Source: a virus. Taken from it: a stretch of 22,698 nucleotides of DNA. The stretch spans positions 137,116-159,813 of the IMG/VR virus record IMGVR_UViG_3300014208_000032. One strand, 5' to 3'. Numbering within the stretch: the first letter of the stretch is position 1; every line of letters begins with the position of its first letter. The notes beneath the pieces were generated by a model, which did no database searches, was not told the origin of the DNA, and saw nothing but the letters and a program-made list of their open reading frames with translations. Positions 8,400 through 17,056 of the stretch are shown here, one piece after another. Both the position numbers and the translations under genes were made by a program.

Positions 8400-9267
8400 T
8401 GTGGTTCTTGTTGATGCGTTAAATTTGTTTTTTATTAATTTTCACGTTGCCAAAAAAATGGTAATTGATAGTGGAAAAACCGAATTCACAAGAGAGGATC
8501 TTCCTCTTTTTTATCATATTTATGTGAGTAAAATAAATTCACTTTTTGAAAATTACGGGAAGGCAATAATATGTTTTGAAGGAAAAAAATCTCTTGTTTA
8601 TCGTAGATCTTTTTATGATGGATATAAAAGAAATAGAGATGCATCAAAACAAGAACCAATATTTCAAATAATTTTAGAACAAATACCAAAAATAGAACAA
8701 CTTCTTTCCTATTATCCAACAAAATTACTCAAAATAGATGAATGTGAAGCAGATGATTTACTTTTTAATATTGCTGTGAAGTATGGAACCCAAGGTTTAA
8801 AAACAACCATAATCACAAGTGATAAAGATTTATCACAGGCATTAAATTATAGCGATAATATCAAAGTATTTAATCCTGTGAGAAAATCATATTATGAAAA
8901 AAACGAAAATATTGTATTAGAAAAAATAGTTATTGGCGACAAGAGTGATAATATTCCTGGTATTGCTGGAATTGGCGAAAAAAGATTTGAGAAGATGATG
9001 TTAAATGAAGAAGAATATAATAAAGTAATGAACAAACCAGATAACAAAAAAATATTAGAGGCATTTTCTAATATTGTAGATTTAACAAGAATACCAGAAA
9101 AAACAAAACAAGAAATACTTGACAAAGAAAATTTTTTAGAGTATAATAAATTTGACCCGGATGGAATAGAAATGTTTTTTATGGAAAACAAACTTAAACA
9201 ATGTTTAGAAAAATGGGGAACTATGAAAAATAAAATTTGGAGAACTATTGGAGAAAATAATGAATGA
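8392..9267 (+). CDS. rnh: 5'-3' exonuclease / T4-type RNase H (FEN-1/PIN-like)
   Basis: VVLVD, YRR..YDGYKRNR, CEADD, IITSDKDL, GDKSDNIPGIAGIGEK (H3TH). GGAG RBS supports ATG 8392. Confidence 0.93.
   Translation: MNDVVLVDALNLFFINFHVAKKMVIDSGKTEFTREDLPLFYHIYVSKINSLFENYGKAIICFEGKKSLVYRRSFYDGYKRNRDASKQEPIFQIILEQIPKIEQLLSYYPTKLLKIDECEADDLLFNIAVKYGTQGLKTTIITSDKDLSQALNYSDNIKVFNPVRKSYYEKNENIVLEKIVIGDKSDNIPGIAGIGEKRFEKMMLNEEEYNKVMNKPDNKKILEAFSNIVDLTRIPEKTKQEILDKENFLEYNKFDPDGIEMFFMENKLKQCLEKWGTMKNKIWRTIGENNE
9119..9147 (+). promoter_or_regulatory. Intragenic copy of the repeated promoter (copy 4), inside the exonuclease gene
   Basis: TTGACA 9119-9124, spacer AAGAAAATTTTTTAGAG (17 nt), TATAAT 9142-9147. 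Confidence 0.85.
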
Positions 9268-9448
9268 TTATGAAAGAATAAAAAAAGATTTTACTTCTAT
9301 GAAAATTAAAATTCAAGAAATGAATACACTAGAACAAAAAATAATTACTATTTATCAAAGCAATTCGTGGGCGCCTACTGGTAAATGTTCTTTTTATTTT
9401 GATAAAGAAACTGGTGTTTTTCTTAGCGTAGATATTGAGGATATGTAG
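9260..9448 (+). CDS. Hypothetical protein
   Basis: GGAG RBS; ATG 9260 overlaps the upstream gene end. Confidence 0.65.
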   Translation: MNDYERIKKDFTSMKIKIQEMNTLEQKIITIYQSNSWAPTGKCSFYFDKETGVFLSVDIEDM

Positions 9449-9457
9449 GAGGTAAAA

Positions 9458-9910
9458 ATGGGATATATAACGCCAGTATTATTTTATAATGATAGTATTG
9501 ATAGCATAGAGAAAGATTTTTATTTTGGAAAAAGATTAGTTAATCAAATTTCAAGAACAACAGAGAAAGAAAGAGTGAGCAATGTTTCTGTTCTTGGTTT
9601 TAAAGAAAAGTGGATTGATAAAATTCTTAAAACTTTTGGTTTAGCAAGAGTAAATAGAACTGATTGTCAAAGTGTCAGTCAATGTGCTAATATCCTTAAA
9701 CCAGAACATATGGATACCCAAAGGGTAATTGTTGTCTACGGAAATGATTGGATAGATTTGACAGATCAAGGCGAAAGAGAATTTACAGAAAATAATCCAT
9801 ACCTACTATCTTGTCTAACTATAGCAGATAGACATGTGAAATTATACAAAAGATATGTAAAAGAAAATAAGGAAAAAGAAAATGAAATTAGGCGGAACAG
9901 TATCGTATAA
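9458..9910 (+). CDS. Hypothetical protein
   Basis: Strong AGGAGG RBS. Confidence 0.8.
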   Translation: MGYITPVLFYNDSIDSIEKDFYFGKRLVNQISRTTEKERVSNVSVLGFKEKWIDKILKTFGLARVNRTDCQSVSQCANILKPEHMDTQRVIVVYGNDWIDLTDQGEREFTENNPYLLSCLTIADRHVKLYKRYVKENKEKENEIRRNSIV

Positions 9911-10115
9911 AATACTTATTGCTCCTTATGAGACGATGGAAGTGTCTTCTTTTATGGAGTTAGAAGTAAGCGGAGAAAATACACAAGAAGAGATTTCTGA
10001 AAAACAAGATAAAATTTCACAGGCATTAAAAAACGATGTGAATAAAAAAGCAAAAGAATTTATAAATAATTATCACGAAAAAATTAAAAATCTCAAAAAA
10101 ACTTGGGAAAGTTGA
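9882..10115 (+). CDS. Hypothetical protein
   Basis: AAGGA RBS; fills the gap before clpP. Confidence 0.7.
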   Translation: MKLGGTVSYKILIAPYETMEVSSFMELEVSGENTQEEISEKQDKISQALKNDVNKKAKEFINNYHEKIKNLKKTWES

Positions 10116-10134
10116 ATATCTTAAAGGAGAACAA

Positions 10135-10725
10135 ATGACAAGAGGAATGGTTCCAGTAGTAATTGAACAGAGTGGTTCAGGAGAACGGGTTTATGATATA
10201 TATTCTCGTTTAATGAAAGACAGAATTATTATGTTAGACGGAGAAGTCGAAGACGAGATGGCAGATGCTATTGTTGCTCAACTTCTTTTTCTTTCTAACG
10301 AGAGTGAAAAAGATATTGATATTTATATCAACAGCCCAGGTGGTTCTATCACAGCAGGATTGGCAATTTATGACACAATGAAATTCATTGATTGTGATAT
10401 TCGCACAATTTGCATTGGACAAGCAGCATCTATGGGTGCATTGTTGCTTGGTGGCGGAACAAAGGGTAAAAGATATAGTTTACCAAATTCAAGAATTATG
10501 ATTCACCAAGTTTCTGGCGGAGCAGTAGGACAATCAAAAGATGTTCAAAATCAGTTAAAAGAAATGTCAAGATTGGAAGATATTTGTTTTTCTATTTGGG
10601 CAGAGGAATCTGGTAGAACACTAGAACAAATTAGAACTGATACAGACAGAGATAAGTTTATGTCTGCACAAGAAGCTCTTGAATTTGGATTGATTGATAA
10701 AATTTTGATAAAGAAACCAAAATAA
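10135..10725 (+). CDS. clpP: ATP-dependent Clp protease proteolytic subunit
   Basis: [35 protein letters not shown] (Ser), IMIHQ (His), DRD (Asp), EALEFGLID. Confidence 0.97.
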   Translation: MTRGMVPVVIEQSGSGERVYDIYSRLMKDRIIMLDGEVEDEMADAIVAQLLFLSNESEKDIDIYINSPGGSITAGLAIYDTMKFIDCDIRTICIGQAASMGALLLGGGTKGKRYSLPNSRIMIHQVSGGAVGQSKDVQNQLKEMSRLEDICFSIWAEESGRTLEQIRTDTDRDKFMSAQEALEFGLIDKILIKKPK

Positions 10726-10735
10726 GGAGGGAAAG

Positions 10736-11032
10736 ATGGGAAAGAAAAGTAGAGTGAAGAAAGAAAATCCAGGGAGACACGCAGATATTGTTTCTTACAG
10801 AGGAATGGGTCCAACTATGGAGTGGTTTACTGATAGTAATGGAAAAAGATTTATCATTAATATTTCTAAGAGAATGCTCAACAAAGGAACATATATAAAT
10901 CAGGACGTTCAAGAAGAAGTGTATCGCAGATTAGGAAAGTATATTAAAGACAAAATAAATTCAAGAAAGGAGAATGTTGATACAAATGCGCAAAGTGTTA
11001 TTGATGTCACGCCAAATGCAGAAAATGTTTGA
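10736..11032 (+). CDS. Hypothetical basic protein
   Basis: AAGGAGG RBS. Confidence 0.8.
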   Translation: MGKKSRVKKENPGRHADIVSYRGMGPTMEWFTDSNGKRFIINISKRMLNKGTYINQDVQEEVYRRLGKYIKDKINSRKENVDTNAQSVIDVTPNAENV

Positions 11033-11228
11033 GGATGAAAATTCTCAAGATGATGATTGGGATGACGAAGATGATGACAACGACGATGAGTTCGATGATG
11101 ATGATAGTGATTTTTCCCACGAAGATGATGAATGGGAAGAAGAGTGTGATGACGACGATGACGAAGAAGAATACGAGGACTACGAATCCGATGAAGATTA
11201 TGTAGATAGAAAAAGAATACGCTACTAA
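11025..11228 (+). CDS. Extremely acidic small protein (poly-D/E) with basic C-terminus
   Basis: ATG 11025 overlaps the upstream stop; MFEDENSQDDDWDDEDDD...RKRIRY. Confidence 0.7.
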   Translation: MFEDENSQDDDWDDEDDDNDDEFDDDDSDFSHEDDEWEEECDDDDDEEEYEDYESDEDYVDRKRIRY

Positions 11229-11238
11229 AGAGGGGAAA

Positions 11239-11493
11239 ATGGCAAAGGTTATTGATGCTCAAACTAAGCAAGAGTTTGACGATATTTTTGATGATTATTA
11301 CGATGCTTGCGAACGTGCGGACTTAATCACAGAAGAAAAGAAAAGATTGAAAGATAGAACTAAAATTGCATTAGAAATATCTTCAACTGATGTTAGTACT
11401 TTATTAAGTTCTCTGGTGGATTCTAGGAAGGGAAAGACACCAAAATTAGAGAGTAATGACGAAATTAAAGCAATTTACGAGGATCTTAAGTAA
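11239..11493 (+). CDS. Small helical protein, T4 DsbA-like dsDNA-binding protein candidate
   Basis: GAGGGG RBS. By eye, the pattern (K..LKD..K..L.I...STLL...ESNDEIKAIYEDL) resembles T4 DsbA/GapR-type proteins. Confidence 0.5.
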   Translation: MAKVIDAQTKQEFDDIFDDYYDACERADLITEEKKRLKDRTKIALEISSTDVSTLLSSLVDSRKGKTPKLESNDEIKAIYEDLK

Positions 11494-11494
11494 G

Positions 11495-11623
11495 TTGGAT
11501 AAATTAATCATTGGTGGGGTAATTATTGGTTCCCTTCTTATTGCTGGTTATTTTCCATCAGTTGCTGTTCTCCTAACAGCAGTCCTTATTGTTGCCATGT
11601 TTCTTGTGTTTAGTAAGATGTAA
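11495..11623 (+). CDS. 42-aa hydrophobic membrane peptide (missing from ORF track)
   Basis: TTG start; MDKLIIGGVIIGSLLIAGYFPSVAVLLTAVLIVAMFLVFSKM exactly fills the intergenic gap. Confidence 0.6.
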   Translation: MDKLIIGGVIIGSLLIAGYFPSVAVLLTAVLIVAMFLVFSKM

Positions 11624-11656
11624 AATTTTAGGAAAGTTAATTTTAACGAGGGATAA

Positions 11657-12217
11657 ATGTCTGATTTAAGAGATTGGTATAGAAAAATGAATGGGCAAGA
11701 AGAAGAACCAACAGTAATAGTAAAACCAATAAGTTCTACAGATACTCTTCAACAAGTAAATCCCAAAGAAGAAATGTTCAAAAAAATAAACAATCTTTTT
11801 GCAGCAAAAGACCAAAGTGGGAATAATACAGATAATTTTACAGAGAAAAATGTTTCCGTAAATATGCCCAATGGAGAAACACAAAATATAGTTGTTCAAA
11901 AACAAGAAGTTAAAGATGATTTACCTATCGTTATTAATCCAAATTCGGATGCTGAAAAAATTCAACAAAACGATAGATTGGATAGAGATACTGTTGATCC
12001 AAAACCACAAGAATATGTGGAAAAAAGAGATGATGTTTTAGTTGATAAACTCATAGCAATAAACACATCAGCAAGTTATCTTATTCAACGTCTTTCTCTT
12101 TATTCTAATTATTTGACACAACCACTAGAACATTTAGAAAGAAAAAAAATATTGGAGCAGTTAGCAAAAATACAAACAACTTATGGAAGTATTTTATCCG
12201 AACTGAATATGATATAA
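11657..12217 (+). CDS. Hypothetical protein
   Basis: GAGGG RBS, 186-aa ORF. Confidence 0.8.
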   Translation: MSDLRDWYRKMNGQEEEPTVIVKPISSTDTLQQVNPKEEMFKKINNLFAAKDQSGNNTDNFTEKNVSVNMPNGETQNIVVQKQEVKDDLPIVINPNSDAEKIQQNDRLDRDTVDPKPQEYVEKRDDVLVDKLIAINTSASYLIQRLSLYSNYLTQPLEHLERKKILEQLAKIQTTYGSILSELNMI

Positions 12218-12375
12218 TGGACAAACAAGAACAAATTTTAGAGCAGTTGAAAATGTTAAATCAAGGTATAAATAAATTGATAGAGGTTAATAGCAATTTA
12301 TTTAGATTGTTCAACCAATATAATAGCGAATATCATGAAGCAATGAAAGGCGAAGTTCGCCTAGAAGATAGTTAA
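12217..12375 (+). CDS. 52-aa helical hypothetical protein (missing from ORF track)
   Basis: TAATG coupling; MDKQEQILEQLKMLNQGINKLIEVNSNLFRLFNQY... Confidence 0.65.
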   Translation: MDKQEQILEQLKMLNQGINKLIEVNSNLFRLFNQYNSEYHEAMKGEVRLEDS

Positions 12376-12402
12376 AAAAAAATACAAAAAGTAAAAGATT
12401 TT

Positions 12403-12434
12403 AATAGGGGACTTTTTTGTCCCCTATTTTATTT
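12403..12434 (+). terminator. Intrinsic terminator hairpin
   Basis: AATAGGGGAC-TTTTTT-GTCCCCTATT perfect 10-bp stem followed by TTATTT. Confidence 0.85.
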
Positions 12435-12449
12435 AAACAAAAGGCTTAT

Positions 12450-12983
12450 ATGGCAGAGAGACAACATCACGGATTTGATTTTCAGAAAAAGATAATAAAA
12501 GATTTTAACCTCACAGAAGACGGGAATTACACTGGAACTTATGATGCTTATGAAGAAGATGGCAGACCAGTAAAAATAAAATGTATAAAACAAGGAAGTT
12601 CAATAGACCTTGGTGATATAAAAAGAAACGCAGAGGAAGAAAAAGACCACCTTCTTGTAATTGGATGGTGGAGTGGCGAAAAAGATAACATAATAAAAAT
12701 TGACACAATAGAAGTAAAAATTGAAAATTGGAAGAAATTATTTAATGTTGAAGTTATAAAAGAAATGAGAGAATGGATAAAAAACATTAGCAACGAAAAA
12801 GAGTATGATAAAAAATGGAAAGAGGAAGTTTCTTACTATAAAGAAAAGTATGGAAATTATATAATAAAACCAAGATTTAAAAGAGATCATAAATCACAAA
12901 AAAGAATCCAATGTGCCATAAATAATAGTGATTATTATAATCATTTTCTTAAAGAGGGATTTTGTGGCAAAGAGAGTTGTTAA
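12450..12983 (+). CDS. Putative restriction-endonuclease-like (PD-(D/E)xK-type) nuclease
   Basis: QHHGFDFQ...YDA...VKIKC...IDLGD...PRFKRDHKSQKRIQC; overlaps the downstream MTase. ATG 12450 is chosen because the track's start at 12417 lies inside the terminator. Confidence 0.6.
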   Translation: MAERQHHGFDFQKKIIKDFNLTEDGNYTGTYDAYEEDGRPVKIKCIKQGSSIDLGDIKRNAEEEKDHLLVIGWWSGEKDNIIKIDTIEVKIENWKKLFNVEVIKEMREWIKNISNEKEYDKKWKEEVSYYKEKYGNYIIKPRFKRDHKSQKRIQCAINNSDYYNHFLKEGFCGKESC

Positions 12984-13749
12984 ATTAGAAAAGTTTTATA
13001 CAAAAGATGAAGTTTCTTCTTTTTGTATATCAAAATTAGATTTTAGGGATTATGATAGAATAGTAGAACCTTCTGCTGGAAGCGGTTCTTTTTCTAAAAA
13101 ACTAGATAAAAATAAAATAGTTTCTCTTGATATTTTACCAGAAGATGAAAGTATTTTGCAGTTTGATTTTTTTGATTACAAGTTTGACAACTCTTTAAAA
13201 ACCATAGTGGTTGGTAATCCTCCTTTCGGACGGCAGTCATCGTTGGCATTTAAGTTTATAAATCATGCCGCTAGTTTTGATTGCGTAAAAACTATTGCTT
13301 TTATCCTTCCTAAATCATTCAAAAAAGAAAGTTCTCATAAAAAAATAAACAATTTCTTTTGGTTAAAAGAAGAATATGATTTAGGAGAAAAATCTTTCTG
13401 TTATGGAATAGAAAATGTTGACATACCGTGTGTGTTTCAGATTTGGGAAAGAAAAGATGTTGTTAGAATATATGAAAAAAGAAACTTAAACTCTTTTTCT
13501 TTTGTAAAGAAAAAAGAAGAACCTGATTTTTCCATAAGAAGAGTTGGTTTTTATGCCGGAAAAGGATTTTTAAATTGTGAAACAAAAAATGAAAACTCTC
13601 ATTATTTTATAAAATTAAACGATAGCGGTAATTTAGAAAAAACAATAAACAACTTAAATAGAGTAGTTTGGGCGCATAATAACACGGTTGGGAGCAGAAG
13701 CATTTCAAAGGATGAAATTATAGATGTTTTAGAAAACATTATAAAATAA
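12964..13749 (+). CDS. SAM-dependent DNA methyltransferase (N6-adenine, gamma-type motif order)
   Basis: KFYT, VEPSAGSGSF (motif I), DFF, VVGNPPFG (motif IV), AFILP. GAGGG RBS before GTG 12964. Confidence 0.92.
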   Translation: MAKRVVKLEKFYTKDEVSSFCISKLDFRDYDRIVEPSAGSGSFSKKLDKNKIVSLDILPEDESILQFDFFDYKFDNSLKTIVVGNPPFGRQSSLAFKFINHAASFDCVKTIAFILPKSFKKESSHKKINNFFWLKEEYDLGEKSFCYGIENVDIPCVFQIWERKDVVRIYEKRNLNSFSFVKKKEEPDFSIRRVGFYAGKGFLNCETKNENSHYFIKLNDSGNLEKTINNLNRVVWAHNNTVGSRSISKDEIIDVLENIIK

Positions 13750-13762
13750 AAGAGGAGTATTT

Positions 13763-14194
13763 ATGGCGAAGGAAATTACTTTTGTCATTCGGGTTATTTA
13801 TGAGAAACACGATGATTTAATTTATCAAATATTTCAACATAATAGAAAGAAAAATTATAAATATATTTTAGATCAAAGGTTCTCAATTTACTATAAATTA
13901 AGAAACTTAATGAAAAATCTCATTCTTTCAAGTGAATTTATATTTGAAAGAAAAATAGAAAGAGAAAATGATGTAGTTATTATATATAAAAATCCAGAAA
14001 ATTTAGAGCCAGATAGAGAGGAACATTTTTTTACATTGGCCTCATTTGTTGCCCCCTCTGCAAGTTGTGAGTTCTGCATTTTTAAAAAAGAAAAAGATGA
14101 TTTGTTTTTTTATTGTGAACTTAAAAAAAAGGATATGGTTAAAGAATTAAAAAACTGTCAATTTTTTAAACAAAAAGAATTATTTAAAACATAA
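13763..14194 (+). CDS. Hypothetical protein with C-terminal Cys cluster and QKELF
   Basis: GAGGAG RBS; CEFC...YCE...NCQFF. Confidence 0.8.
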   Translation: MAKEITFVIRVIYEKHDDLIYQIFQHNRKKNYKYILDQRFSIYYKLRNLMKNLILSSEFIFERKIERENDVVIIYKNPENLEPDREEHFFTLASFVAPSASCEFCIFKKEKDDLFFYCELKKKDMVKELKNCQFFKQKELFKT

Positions 14195-14199
14195 AACTA

Positions 14200-14228
14200 T
14201 TGACAAAAAAAATTTTTTATGTTATAAT
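14200..14228 (+). promoter_or_regulatory. Repeated sigma70 promoter, copy 5
   Basis: TTGACA 14200-14205, 17 nt, TATAAT 14223-14228 (TGn extended -10). Confidence 0.93.
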
Positions 14229-14252
14229 TATTATAATGAGATTGGAGGAAAT

Positions 14253-15176
14253 ATGACAGCAGAAGAATATGATCAATTTACAAGAAATAAAAGAATTGAA
14301 GAACAACAAAGAGATTATCGCAATAACATTGCTGCTGGTTTTGGTTCTGGTGGCAAGATTGATATTAATCAATTTGGAGTTAGTAAATCTGGACAAGTTG
14401 TTTTTAACAACCAGTGCTCAAGAGTGCTGGTTGTTAATTCTCAACTTTATAGTAATGCTCCTGAAGAAATTGCATATATTGATACTTCAGAAAAGTCATT
14501 AACTTATGTAAAACCAGACAGTAGAATTGGCAAATTAATAATCTCTTCTGGGAAAGAGGAATTAATTGTTGGTGATGAAATGTTTAAATTAACAGATCCG
14601 CCAAAAGAAAAAAGTGATATTGATAAATTAATAAACAATATTAATGACAGTAAATTTAAAAAAGAAAAAGATGTTAAAAAGTTTTTAACACCAATTTGTT
14701 CACTTGCTGTAGATGTTTTTAAACTATCTACAGCTTATTTCAAAATAACTGAAAATATTAATAAGAGCGGAATTTTCTATGTTGTTGAAAACGAAGACAA
14801 AAAAACATCAATCAAAATATGGATGAGTTTTGAAGGTTCATATTATAATATAAGATTTTTTATTGTAAAAAGAAAATTTTATAATTTTTTCTTATTTAAA
14901 AAAACAAAACAAGAGCAAGAAAGAGTGTTGGAAATTAAATTTGAAGATGATAAAATTGATTATATATATGATTTTGATGCCAGTGAAAAACGCTTTGATG
15001 AATGGATGCCAAATCTTAACTCATTAATAGAAGTGTTATCTAATAAAATTATTCAATACTATGAAAAAATTAAACAGAAAAAAGAAAATATATCTTACAA
15101 TGATTTATATAAATATGAAATTCCAAACAAAGTTAAAGATTATAGATTAGCAATTAAAGAAATAACAAATATATGA
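14253..15176 (+). CDS. Hypothetical protein
   Basis: GGAGG RBS, 307-aa ORF after the promoter. Confidence 0.85.
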   Translation: MTAEEYDQFTRNKRIEEQQRDYRNNIAAGFGSGGKIDINQFGVSKSGQVVFNNQCSRVLVVNSQLYSNAPEEIAYIDTSEKSLTYVKPDSRIGKLIISSGKEELIVGDEMFKLTDPPKEKSDIDKLINNINDSKFKKEKDVKKFLTPICSLAVDVFKLSTAYFKITENINKSGIFYVVENEDKKTSIKIWMSFEGSYYNIRFFIVKRKFYNFFLFKKTKQEQERVLEIKFEDDKIDYIYDFDASEKRFDEWMPNLNSLIEVLSNKIIQYYEKIKQKKENISYNDLYKYEIPNKVKDYRLAIKEITNI

Positions 15177-16162
15177 AAATTCCAGAGGGTGTTATAGAAA
15201 GATTTATAAGAGACGAGTTTCCAGAAGTTAAGAATGCTGATAATGGAGAACTTAGAATAAACACACCATTTTCTTCCTCTGATGGAAAATTTCGTCTTTA
15301 TATAAATCTAAAAAAAGGAACTTACTTTGATCAAAAAAATCAAACAGGGAATACTTTTATTAATTTCGTTCAAGAATATAAAGGATTTAATAAAGCTCAA
15401 GCCCTACAATATCTCATAACATCGTTTAATACTTCTTTTTTGTTTGGTGATATTAATGAAGAGATTATGTTAAAAGATGTAATACAAACAGATTTAGAAA
15501 TTCCAAAAGGATTAAAATTCTTTGAGGAAACTAATTCTGGATTATTTAGACAAGCAGCATTAAATTATTTAGAAGATAGAAAAATTAGTCCAGATGGACT
15601 TGGGTTTATTGTTGATAACAAATCTCCTTATGATGAGAGGATATTTGTTCCTTTTTATGAAGATGAAAAACTTGTTTATTTTATTACAAGAACTTGGGAT
15701 GAAAATAATTCTATGAGATATGTTAATCCAGATGTTCCCAGAAAAAGTGTTGTCTTTAATATAGATAAAATAAATGACGAAGTGTTTATATTCGAAGGGG
15801 TGTTTGATGCTTTGTCTTTGAGTAGGCAAATTGGAACGTGTTTATTAGGAGCCAGATTAAGCAAAGAACAGGCAATTAAAATTTGGGACAGGGCACCAAA
15901 AAGAATAATTTTTGTTCCTGATACAGACGAAACAGGAAAAAATACATTAAAAGGAAACATAAAAACTTTAATCAATTTTAAACCATCCTCTTTGAGTGCT
16001 AGCAAAATTTATATTTATAATATTCCAAAACCATATAAAGATTTTAATGAAATGAAAGTTAAAAACGAAAAAAGTTATATTGAAATAAGTGAATGTGAAG
16101 AATATAACACTGAAAATAAAATAAAAGAAGTGGATAATATCATAAAGGGGTTGAAATTTTGA
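15173..16162 (+). CDS. DNA primase (TOPRIM, T4 gp61/DnaG-like)
   Basis: YLEDRKI, RIFVPF, YFITR, RYVNP, IFEGVFDAL, FVPDTD, KDFNE. Confidence 0.9.
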   Translation: MKIPEGVIERFIRDEFPEVKNADNGELRINTPFSSSDGKFRLYINLKKGTYFDQKNQTGNTFINFVQEYKGFNKAQALQYLITSFNTSFLFGDINEEIMLKDVIQTDLEIPKGLKFFEETNSGLFRQAALNYLEDRKISPDGLGFIVDNKSPYDERIFVPFYEDEKLVYFITRTWDENNSMRYVNPDVPRKSVVFNIDKINDEVFIFEGVFDALSLSRQIGTCLLGARLSKEQAIKIWDRAPKRIIFVPDTDETGKNTLKGNIKTLINFKPSSLSASKIYIYNIPKPYKDFNEMKVKNEKSYIEISECEEYNTENKIKEVDNIIKGLKF

Positions 16163-16428
16163 GTAAATTTAAAATTAAAGAAGAAGTGATAGTTAGGAAA
16201 ATGTCTGATGAAGAAATTTTAAGAATTGAAGAAAAATATTGGCCAAATGATCATAGCGAAAATTGGTTTTTAAATATAAAAGATTTAATTGGGAATGTAA
16301 TAATAATACATCCCCAAGAAAGCAGAAATGGTGGCTTTATCTATACTGTTAAAGATTTTGGCTATGCCATTCCAGAAGAAATGTTAAAAAAGAGATCATC
16401 ACGAATATTTTTGGAGGGTTTAGAATGA
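16159..16428 (+). CDS. Hypothetical protein (possible SH3-like fold)
   Basis: TTGA start-stop overlap; KFKIKEEVIV...YTV...IPEEML. Confidence 0.7.
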   Translation: MSKFKIKEEVIVRKMSDEEILRIEEKYWPNDHSENWFLNIKDLIGNVIIIHPQESRNGGFIYTVKDFGYAIPEEMLKKRSSRIFLEGLE

Positions 16429-16706
16429 CAGAGATGATAAAAGATATTGCTGAGGCAATTACAGATTTAAATGAAGAATTTTACGAATTAACAAAGAGGG
16501 ATGATTGTGAATTTATTACTCTTAATTATTATTCGATGGGATTGGTTGCAAAATTTAGGGATAGGATTATTTGGAGCACTCAAGATGATGAAAGAAAATT
16601 TGATGAAGTAAAGGGTGAATATGAACCTTTTAGACAATTCTTAAAAAGAAGAGTGATTTCATATTTGAAAGAAGAAAAGAAATTTTTGGAGAAATTAATA
16701 AAATGA
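16425..16706 (+). CDS. Hypothetical protein
   Basis: GGAGG RBS, ATGA overlap. Confidence 0.8.
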   Translation: MTEMIKDIAEAITDLNEEFYELTKRDDCEFITLNYYSMGLVAKFRDRIIWSTQDDERKFDEVKGEYEPFRQFLKRRVISYLKEEKKFLEKLIK

Positions 16707-17047
16707 ACAAAATAGCAATTAATTTTAGAGATAATGATTTTGTTCAAACACATCTTGCTTTTGGCAATGCTTTGTTGAAAATATTATGCGATGATAATCT
16801 TGCTAAAAAAATTGATAAAGATTATATCATTGAATTATACAAAAGATCAATATCAGGGATTTTTTGGGCATTTCAAGATCAATTAGATGGTGATTTAGAA
16901 TGGGACCCATCAACCTATCTTAAATTAGAACACAAACATATTTTCTTTGATGATGAAGTAAATAATCTACTTAATGGAGATTATTTTACGAACAGTGAAT
17001 TACTTATCGTTGATAAGTATGCCAGAGAAGAAGTTATAATAATTTAG
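16703..17047 (+). CDS. Hypothetical protein
   Basis: GGAG RBS, ATGA overlap. Confidence 0.8.
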   Translation: MNKIAINFRDNDFVQTHLAFGNALLKILCDDNLAKKIDKDYIIELYKRSISGIFWAFQDQLDGDLEWDPSTYLKLEHKHIFFDDEVNNLLNGDYFTNSELLIVDKYAREEVIII

Positions 17048-17056
17048 GAGTTAAAA

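Noticed and set aside
10135-10725. ClpP as a prohead maturation protease
   Set aside because: It looks like cellular ClpP (N-terminal VPVVIEQ...YDIYSRL), and no portal or capsid genes are adjacent.
10909-11271. His/Arg-rich minus-strand ORF
   Set aside because: Reverse complement of the GAT/GAC/GAA codons of the acidic gene.
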